64,000 nucleotides of DNA from Phyllobates terribilis (Eukaryota), in contig NW_027362769.1 of NCBI RefSeq assembly GCF_046119375.1, forward strand, positions 124,434,001 to 124,498,000. Direction: 5' to 3'. Shown here piece after piece: positions 55,401 through 64,000 of the stretch (positions are counted from its first letter, which is position 1; each line of letters opens with the position of its first letter). The notes under the pieces were generated by a model. That model was not told the DNA's origin. It worked only from the letters and a program-made list of their open reading frames with translations, and ran no database searches. The position numbers and the translations under genes were made by a program.

Positions 55401-58400
55401 NNNNNNNNNNNNNNNNNNNNNNNNNNNNNNNNNNNNNNNNNNNNNNNNNNNNNNNNNNNNNNNNNNNNNNNNNNNNNNNNNNNNNNNNNNNNNNNNNNNN
55501 NCTTCTCTCTCGTCTTCTCTCTCTCTCTCGTCTTCTCTCTCTCTCGTCTTCTCTCTCTCTCTCGTCTTCTCTCTCTCGTCTTCTCTCTCTCTCTCGTCTT
55601 CTCTCTCTCTCTCGTCTTCTCTCTCTCTCTCGTCTTCTCTCTCTCGTCTTCTCTCTCTCGTCTTTTCTCTCTCTCTCGTCTTCTCTCTCTCGTCTTCTCT
55701 CTCGTCTTCTCTCCCTCTCGTCTTCTCTCCCTCTCGTCTTCTCTCTCTCTCTGGTCTTCTCTCTCGTCTTCTTTCTCGTCTTCTCTCTCGTCTTCTTTCT
55801 CGTCTTCTCTCTCTCGTCTTCTCTCTCTCGTCTTCTCTCTCTCGTCTTCTCTCTCTCTCATCTTCTCTCTCTCTCGTCTTCTCTCTCTCTCGTCTTCTCT
55901 CTCTCTCGTCTTCTCTCTCTCGTCTTCTCTCTCTCTCTCGTCTTCTCTCTCTCTCTCGTCTTCTCTCTCTCGTCTTCTCTCTCTCTCTCTCGTCTACTCT
56001 CTCTCTCGTCTACTCTCTCTCTCGTCTTCTCTCTCTCTCGTCTTCTCTCTCTCTCGTCTTCTCTCTCTCTCTCGTCTTCTCTCTCGTCTTCTCTCTCGTC
56101 TTCTCTCTCTCTCGTCTTCTCTCCTCTCTCTCTCTCGTCTTCTCTCTCTCTCTCGTCTTCTCTCTCTCGTCTTCTCTCTCGTCTTCTCTCTCTCTCGTCT
56201 TCTCTCTCTCTCTCGTCTTCTCTCTCTCTCTCGTCTTCTCTCTCTCTCTCGTCTTCTCTCTCTCTCTCATCTTCTCTCTCTCTCGTCTTCTCTCTCTCTC
56301 TCGTCTTCTCTCTCTCTCGTCTTCTCTCTCTCTCGTTTTCTCTCTCTCTTGTCTTCTCTCTCTCTCGTCTTCTCTCTCTCTCTCTCGTCTTCTCTCTCTC
56401 TCTCGTCTTCTCTCTCTCGTCTTCTCTCTCTCTCTCGTCTTCTCTCTCTCTCGTCTTCTCTCTCTCTCGTCTTCTCTCTCTCTCTCGTCTTCTCTCTCTC
56501 TCTAGTCTTCTCTCTCTCTCGTCTTCTCTCTCTCTCGTCTTCTCTCTCTCTCTCTCGTCTTCTCTCTGTCTCTCTCGTTTTCTCTCTCTCGTCTTCTCTC
56601 TCTCTCTCGTCTTCTCTCTCTCGTCTTCTCTCTCTCGTCTTCTCTCTCTCTCTCGTCTTCTCTCTCTCGTCTTCTCTCTCTCATCTTCTCTCTCTCTCTC
56701 GTCTTCTCTCTCTCTCTCGTCTTCTCTCTCTCTCGTCTTCTCTCTCTCGTCTTCTCTCTCTCTCTCTCGTCTTCTCTCTCTCTCTCGTCTTCTCTCTCTC
56801 TCTCGTCTTCTCTCTCTCTCTCTCGACTTCTCTCTCTCTCGTCTTCTCTCTCTCTCTCGTCTTCTCTCTCTCTCGTCTTCTCTCTCTCTCGTCTTCTCTC
56901 TCTCTCGTCTTCTCTCTCTCTCTCTCGTCTTCTCTCTCTCTCTCGTTTTCTCTCTCTCGTCTTCTCTCTCTCTCTCGTCTTCTCTCTCTCGTCTTCTCTC
57001 TCTCTCTCGTCTTCTCTCTCTCTCTCTCGTCTTCTCTCTCTCTCTCGTCTTCTCTCTCTCTCGTCTTCTCTCTCTCGTCTTCTCTCTCTCTCTCTCGTCT
57101 TCTCTCTCTCTCTCTCGTCTTCTCTCTCTCGCCTTCTCTCTCTCTCTCTCTCGTCTTCTCTCTCTCGCCTTCTCTCTCTCTCTCTCTCGTCTTCTCTCTC
57201 CCTCCAAATGCTGGAAAAACATTTTAATCCATTCACAACATTTGCCATATTTTTTACATTTATTTGTTTTAAATTAAATGGCATTAATAATTTTAATATT
57301 TTATTTTTCCCTTAATATTGTTATACTGACGTCAGGCTTATACATTGTTGTTCTGATTTCTTTAATATCAGAAATATATGCAACACTATGTGACCTTATA
57401 AGGTTGCTGTACGGTATTTACTTTGAAAATCCATGTCAGAATGGCTGTATAATCCTCTATGAAGTTTAGCTCAATCTCCGCCCACCTGGCCTGATTGACA
57501 GCTCCTCACTGTCCCTCCTCCCTACTGTGATCTCACACTGCTCAGTACAAGCTGCAGCTGTCAGTCAGGCTGGGTGGGCAGAGACTGAATACACCTGTAT
57601 AATTTTCCTACAGGTCATGTAGTCAGTCCAATATCGTCCCCACTGAGATGACAGATAATTAGGATGGACGTTTATTTTTGTGTAGCAGCCTGGTCCTCTG
57701 GGACACAGCCTCACTAGGACATGGATATTTTGGGAATCTATAACATACATATAGAGACCCCTGACATTATATCAATATTCTCTTTCTTTTCTTATTTTAA
57801 ACGGTTAATTATATTTCTGTGTCTAAAGACAATAAAGTTCCTTTTACTTTTGTGCAGACAGAGAAGCGATTCAGGATCTGGAAACGAGGATGAAAGAGCA
57901 GCGAAAGACTGCGGCGCCCAGAGCCTTATACTACGCCGGGCTGTTCCTGTGGCACGTGGAGCGTCATGACAAAGCGCGGGAGTATGTCGACTGGATGATT
58001 AAGATATCAAACGGAGACCGAGATGTAAGTAACACAGCGCCATAATACAACAATACCCTCATACACTCACTGGGCAGTATGCCGTGCCATAAAGTGGGGA
58101 TTGGTATCACTTTATGATCAGTGAAGGTGCGACCTCTGTGGGATTTCCAGAGAATGAAGAGACCACGTTACCACTGAGTCCCCTTCTAAGTTTTTCCTGC
58201 CGTCCGCCGATATGCAAGGAACTATAGCCAGCCCCATCCAAACTTATATTCAGGGTTATGCTCGTTGCCACTCAGACTGATATATTCTCCTAATAGCTTG
58301 ACTGAGGTTGTGCGCCATTATGGTGCACTGCAACCTGCAAAATAATGGGTCCGGTTCATCAAGACTGGAGTAGCCCATGCTAGTCTTACTGCAGTAGAAG

Positions 58401-59457
58401 GGGCTGAATTTATTACGTCACTTTTCTGCCGTAAAAGCTTTGATGAATCGGCCCTTATGTTTTTCTTTTTTATACATCAGTTTACCAGTTTTCACAATCT
58501 ACAGTCCTCCGCAACATATCATGTTCCTTACAGAAGCTGAACCAGCAGCGTGCTCCGTGGAGATATAAGGTCGCACTGCCTGAGTGCGACATCTGACATA
58601 CGAGTGCGACATCTGACAAGTCACCTTCTTGTATGCTGGCTCAGGAGCTGAACCTGCATCTTTTTTTTTTTTCTTTTCTACTTGCGCAATTTCACTGCAC
58701 TTGAAATCTTGTTTTCCTTGTTTTCTTGCACATTGAATGGTAGAAAAATGGCGACATTCAAAACTACAGCTCGTCCCCCTATACTTCAAGCCTTCATGTG
58801 GCCAAGTGGTCAGAGAAATAAATAATTTTGCTTTTGGAAGAAAAGGAAGAAAAACTTAAAAGCAAAAAAATGGGAAAGTGTTAAAGGGAAACTGTCAGCA
58901 GGTTTTTACTATGCAAGAGATAGAGGCTGAAACACAGAATTCAGGGATGTGTCACTTGACAAAGTGCGTGCTGTTGTCTACTAACTGTGAAGGATTTATC
59001 ACTAAGGGATTAACATTGGGACTACACTAGTCCGGCAATGCCCCCTCCTGTGATAAGCAGCTCTCTGTCTATGGACTTTGTACACAGAGAGCGCACGAGT
59101 ACAACATTTATAACCAAACATTTTGCATCTATATAAATCAAATCTTGTGTTTTATGCCTTAAGTAATTTTCCCAGCTTTTGCTTATCCAGGTATTTACAG
59201 GGTGGGTGGTGGGTAAAGACGGAGAGATGGTTCTCTGAAGCCGAGCACCGTCATCACGTTAGTCCTGAACAGCATGGACGCCTTGTTTTATTGTCTGACA
59301 AGATGAAATGAAATGTCGAGCTCTGGTCTTGCAGGGATTGGTTTTGAAAGGGTGGCTGGATCTGACCTGCGGGAGGGAAGCCAATGCTAAAAAGGCTCTG
59401 AAGTACTTTGAGGACGGACAGAGCGATGACGCGGACGTGTTCGCAATGATGGGAAGG
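52422..59457 (+). CDS. TTC21B: Tetratricopeptide repeat protein 21B (IFT139), exons 1-5; gene continues beyond the window
   Basis: Exons 52422-52454 ([11 protein letters not shown]), 54350-54479 ([14 protein letters not shown]...), 54569-54679, 57858-58024, 59335-59457. Sizes of 130/111/167/123 nt equal the recalled human exons 2-5; all GT-AG and in phase; closer to TTC21B than TTC21A. Confidence 0.92.
52790..52950. repeat. Degenerate ~26-bp G-rich minisatellite
   Basis: Repeated CTGAC(G/A)GCGAAC(G)(A/T)(T/C)GGGGG units. Confidence 0.75.
53756..54060. mobile_element. hAT MITE, near-perfect 305-bp palindrome, 8-bp TSD CTGCAGAA
   Basis: TAGTGATGAGCGAG...CTCGCTCATCACTA; TSD at 53748-53755 and 54061-54068. 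Confidence 0.95.
54833..55171. mobile_element. Non-autonomous hAT element, 8-bp TSD TCCCCAAG
   Basis: CAGGGCTGTGGAG...CTCCACAGCCCT(T); TSD at 54825-54832 and 55172-55179. Confidence 0.88.
55236..57202. repeat. ~2 kb compound (TC)n-GTCT microsatellite in TTC21B intron 3
   Basis: Almost pure pyrimidine top strand: variable (TC)n runs punctuated by GTCT; spans an assembly gap. Confidence 0.97.
55330..55501. other. Assembly gap (172 N)
   Basis: Run of N inside the microsatellite. Confidence 1.
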
Positions 59458-60900
59458 GTAAGATCATCAAAAATGGTGGCGTGAATGCCGAGTTCATTGT
59501 TCTAGTAAATGTCTTGCTATCGATGCAGTTTTACTTAACCCCTTAATAACATCTGACGTACTAATACGCGTCTGTGCCCTGGGACTTAAGAGCCAGACCC
59601 GTATTAGTATGTCATCGCGATCGCGCGCGCACACAGGCTGTGCGGGCGCGATCGCCGTCGGGTGTCAGCTGATTGTCACAGCTGACACCCGGTACTATGT
59701 GCAGATACTCACCTCCTCTTCCGGCTTCCAGCGCTGTCTGCAAAGGCTTCCCGGGTGTTGCCATGACGACCCGATGTCGTCATGACAGCATCCGGGTCAC
59801 CAGACAGCAGGAAGATTGTTTGGACATGCGCAGTGCATCTCCAAACAATCTTCTCACTGTGCAGCGCTGATAGCCTGTATGACACAGGGATGGTGCTGCA
59901 TTCCTGTGCCATGCAGGCGATCAGAGAAAAAAAAGTGAAAGTCCCAGAGTGGGACAAAGTAATAAAGTATAAAAACTGTCAGTAAGTGAAAAAAAAAAAA
60001 AAAATTGCAAAAATATATAAAAAAAAACTATAAAATAATCCACCAAAAATAAAAATATAATGTACCCATCAATAAATATTATTATAAAAAAAAAAAAATA
60101 ATAAAATAAAAGTACACATATTTGGTATCGCCGCGTCCGGAACAACCTGACCTATAAAACTGTCCCACTAGTTAACCCCTTCAATGAACACGGTAAAAAA
60201 AAAAAAAAAACTAAGCAAAAAACAATGCTTTATCACCATACCGCCAAATAAAAAATGGAATAACACGCGATCAAAAAGACAAATATAAATAAAAATGGTA
60301 CCGCTGAAAACGTCACCTCGTCCCGCAAAAAACAAGCTGACATACAGCTCCATCAGCCGAAAAATAAAAAAGTTATAGCTCTCAGAATAAAGCTATGCTA
60401 AAAAATATTTTTTTCTATAAAATTGCTCTTATTATGTAAAATTGCAAAACATAGAAAAACGATATAAATGTGGTACCGCTGTAAACGTACTGACTCAAAG
60501 AATAAAGCTGCCTTATCACTTTTACCACACGCGGAACAGAATAAAAAAAAAAAAAAAATTCCTGAATTGTTGGTTTTTGTTTATTCTGCCTCCCAAAAAT
60601 CGGAATAGAAAGCGATCAAAAAATGTCACGTGCATGAAAATGGCACCAATAACAACGTCAACTCATCCCGCAAAAAACGAGCCGTCACATGACTGTCTGC
60701 CAAAATCTGGAAAAATTATAGCTCTCAAAATATGGCGATGCAAAAACTAGATTTTACAAAAAATGCGTCTTTTTGTGTGTGACAGCTGTCGGTCATAAAA
60801 ACCCGATATGATTCTGGTATCACTGTAATCGCACCGACCCGAAGAATAAAGTCATCTAATCACTTATACCGCACGAGGAAAGGCGCAAAAAATAAACTCT

Positions 60901-61078
60901 TGGGTTAGGATTGGGCTAGGGTTAGGGCTGGGTTTGGGGTTAGGGTTGTGCTAGGGTTAGGGTTGTGCTACGGTTAGGGTTGTGCTACGGTTAGGGTTGT
61001 GCTACGGTTAGGGTTGTGCTACGGTTAGGGCTGGGGTTGGGGTTAGGGTTGGGGTTAGGGTTGTGATGGGGTTGGGAT
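60901..61078 (+). repeat. Telomere-like (TTAGGG variant) array
   Basis: TTAGGG/TTGGGG/CTAGGG hexamers plus a 17-bp higher-order unit GGTTAGGGTTGTGCTAC repeated about 4 times. Confidence 0.9.
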
Positions 61079-61117
61079 TTTTTTCAAAAGTAAGAAAAAA
61101 GATGACGATATGGCGAC

Positions 61118-61396
61118 TAGTGTTGAGCGCAAGTGCTCGCTACTTGAGTTTGCATCGGGTGCTCTGGTATGCATTGAGTATCGTGGGTATTTGAGTGACA
61201 TGCTCGCGGCCAAAAAAACTTTACGGGGATTGCCTGCCATGCACGAGCGATCCCCGCATGTTTTTTTTTGGGTGTCTAATAACCGTGAAACATGCGGAGC
61301 AGGGACTCGAGCATGTCACTCGAGCACACGCTGTACATGGTGCATACCTGAGTACCCGATGCAAACTCAAGTAGCGAGCACTTGCGCTCAAGACTA
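61118..61396. mobile_element. hAT MITE nested in the piggyBac-like element
   Basis: TAGTGTTGAGCGCAAGTGCTCGCTAC...GTAGCGAGCACTTGCGCTCAAGACTA; degenerate 8-bp TSD ATGGCGAC/ATGACAAC. Confidence 0.88.
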
Positions 61397-64000
61397 ATGA
61401 CAACTTATTCAATATGATGACCTAATGTAAACAAATGCTGTGTCGTACCTCTGGGTTCAAAATGTTCACTATACACCTTAATAAAATCCTTGAGGGGTAT
61501 AGTTTCCAAAATGGGGTCACTTGTGGGGGAGCTCCACTGTTTAGGCACATCACGGGCTCTCCAAACGCGACATGGTGTCCGCTAACAAATTGAATGGAAA
61601 ATCGGCTCAAATTGTTAGCGGACGCCATGTTGCGTTTGGAGAGCTACTGCGTGTAACATGGTATCCGCTAACAAATTGTCGGCTCAAATTGTTAGCGGAC
61701 ATCATGTTGCGTTTGGAGAGACCCTGTGTGCCCAAACATTGGAGCTCCCCCACAAGTGACCCCATTTTGGAAACTAGACCCCCGAAGGCACCTATCTAGA
61801 TGCATAGTGAGCACTTGGAACCCCCAGGTGTTTCACAAATTGATTCATAAATATGAAAAAGTGTTTTTTTTGTCACATTTTCATTTTTACGAATCAATTT
61901 GTGAAGCACCTGGGGGTTCCAAGTGCTCACTATGCATCTAGATAGGTGCCTTTGGGGGTCTAGTTTCCAAAATGGAGTCACTTGTGGGGGAGCTCCAAAG
62001 TTTGGGCACACAGGGGCTCTCCAAATACAACATGGCATCCGCTAATTATTCAAGCAAATTTTACAATCAAAAAGTCAAATGGCGCTCCTTCCCTTCCGAG
62101 CCCTGCCGTGCGCCCAAACAGTGTTTTTTCCCCACATATTGGGTATCTGCGTGCCCAGGGAAAATTGCACAACAAATTTTGGGGTCCATTTTTTCTTGTT
62201 ACCTCTGTGAAAATAAAAAAAATTGGGTCTAAAGTAACATTTTTGTGAAAAAAGTTAAATGTTCATTTTTTTCTTCCACATTCCAAAAATTCCTGTGAAG
62301 CACCTGAAGGGTTAATAAAGTTCTTGAATGTGGTTTTGAGCACCTCGAGGGGTGCAGTTTTTAGAATGGTGTCACTTTTGGGTATTTTCTGTCATAAAGA
62401 CCCCTCAAAATGACTTCAAATGTGATGTGGTCCCTAAAAAAATGGTTTTGTAAATTTTGTTGGAAAAATTAGAAATCGCTGGTCAACTTTTAACCCTTAT
62501 AGCTCCCTAACAAAAAAAAAATTTGATTCCAAAATTGTGCTGATGTAAAGTAGACATGTGGGAAATGTTATTTATTAACTCTTTTGTGTGACATATCGCT
62601 CTGATTTAAGGGCATGAAAATTCAAATTTTGAAAATTGCAAAATTTTCTAAATTTTCGCCAAATTTCCGTTTTTTTCACAAATAAACGCAAGTGATATCG
62701 AAGAAATTTTACCACAATCATGAAGTACAATATGTCACGAAAAAACAGTCTCAGAATCAGGGGGATCCGTTGAAGTGTTCCAGAGTAATTATCTCATAAA
62801 GTGACAGTGGTCAGAATTGTAAAAATTGGCCTGGTCATTAACGTGCAAACCACCCTCGGGGTTTAAGGGGTTAAAGGGGTTTTTCCACAAACAAAGTTGT
62901 ATACAGACATTACAGCAGGGGATCACACCTGATTCTTTCTGTGAGATAAAACATTTTTTAAAAAGATGCAGAGAAATATTTTATCTCACAGAAAGAATCA
63001 GGTGTGATCCCGTGCTGTAATGTCTGTATACTCTTTTGCTTCCTCCCCTGCCCAGGAGCTGTGGTATGATCAGACCATGTTCCTGTATGGTCAGACACAG
63101 CCATTACACAGTACACAGCAGGGACACATTTATAAGATTATCTCAGCACAGGAACATTTTATTTAAACACATCCAATTGTGGAAATTATTGTTATTCCAA
63201 GATTTATTGATTAAAATCAACTTTAACTTACATCTGGATAATCTTGTAGATAATCTGGTCATAAAGGTAAAGTTTATTAGGAGCATCCAGAAAGGAGGGG
63301 AGTTAAGGGGGGCTTGTATATTGATGACCTATCGATCAATATTGGATGTGTGGGGGTCTGTTCCTCAGTGCACCCTTCGATCAGTTGTTGTCCTCTTCAC
63401 TGACAGATGTGCACAGTGTAGTGACCATCTTTGGATGCTGCAGCTCCGCTTCTATTCACTTCTATAGGAGCTTCCGCACCCGAGAGTGGTCATAAAGCAG
63501 CGCATAGAGCTGTGCTCCTCTGCTCCTATACAGCTGGCTGCAGCTACAAACAGCTGACCGACGGATCCTCACCGATGTAGGTGCATTACTGAATATTGGG
63601 CAGCAGCATTCATATTGGGGATGCTGAAAGGCCCCATCAGTCCTTCTACATAAATGAGTACCAGTACTATAAATGTAGGCTTCTCTGACGCTTCACATAG
63701 GATCTACTTACAACGTAGGTGGTTTCACACGTCCGACATTAACGGTCTGAGCACCAACCGCAGTACCCGGGCTGGACGCAGTCTCCATGTATGAACTTAA
63801 GAGCCTTATATATGTCTAGGAGTCTGTAAAGTGGCGTCAGGAGACCCACAGCAGGTCCAGACATAGCGGTCCATACTCAGACCGTGAATGCTGGACATGT
63901 GAAACCGTCTAAGTTATAAGTAGATCCTTATGAAACATCATTAAATCCTACTTAAAGAGGCTTTCCCATGCTCATAGGACGGCCCATAAATGTCTCATAG

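Larger units (their letters stand above)
59539..62870. mobile_element. Non-autonomous piggyBac-like element (3.3 kb) in TTC21B intron 5
   Basis: TTAA|CCCCTTAA start and TTAAGGGG|TTAA end; no transposase ORF; contains telomere-like repeats, an internal palindrome and a nested hAT MITE. Confidence 0.8.

Noticed and set aside
55229-57284. Long R/E-rich and S/L-rich ORFs (up to 454 aa)
   Set aside because: They are translations of the (TC)n microsatellite and one spans Ns; no coding evidence.
60901-61078. True telomere or chromosome fusion site
   Set aside because: Short, degenerate, single orientation and embedded in a transposon within an intron.

Overview
Vertebrate genomic DNA, most likely a frog (inferred from the repeat families); not prokaryotic, so most of the supplied ORF track is artefact. 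About three quarters of the window is transposable element. It holds nested Gypsy LTR retrotransposons (a partial copy at 1-4577 inside a second family at 4578-7878, inside an L1), a full-length young Gypsy at 25770-33652 inside a Tc1, and two solo LTRs. It also holds L1 and L2 LINEs, several Tc1 elements, a decayed hAT, a 3.3 kb piggyBac-like element and many MITEs. I reconstructed two host genes by hand from splice signals and reading phase. (1) A minus-strand, 18-exon, roughly 664-aa divergent MAST-family Ser/Thr kinase (12529-21283) has intact catalytic motifs, no PDZ domain and an in-frame tandem duplication of a three-exon module. (2) The first five exons of TTC21B/IFT139 (52422-59457, plus strand) are preceded by an orphan copy of two mid-gene TTC21B exons (45044-47738) whose 5' end is cut exactly by a hAT terminus. 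The most unexpected signal is in the LTRs. Three diverged LTR families each carry a second, internal partial primer-binding site about 150-170 nt before the LTR end. It matches a tRNA-Ser 3' end, switches isoacceptor between families, and follows a stem-loop with compensatory base changes. All coordinates were counted by hand and may be off by a few bases; reference sequences (tRNA ends, human exon sizes, TE consensus) are recalled, not searched.
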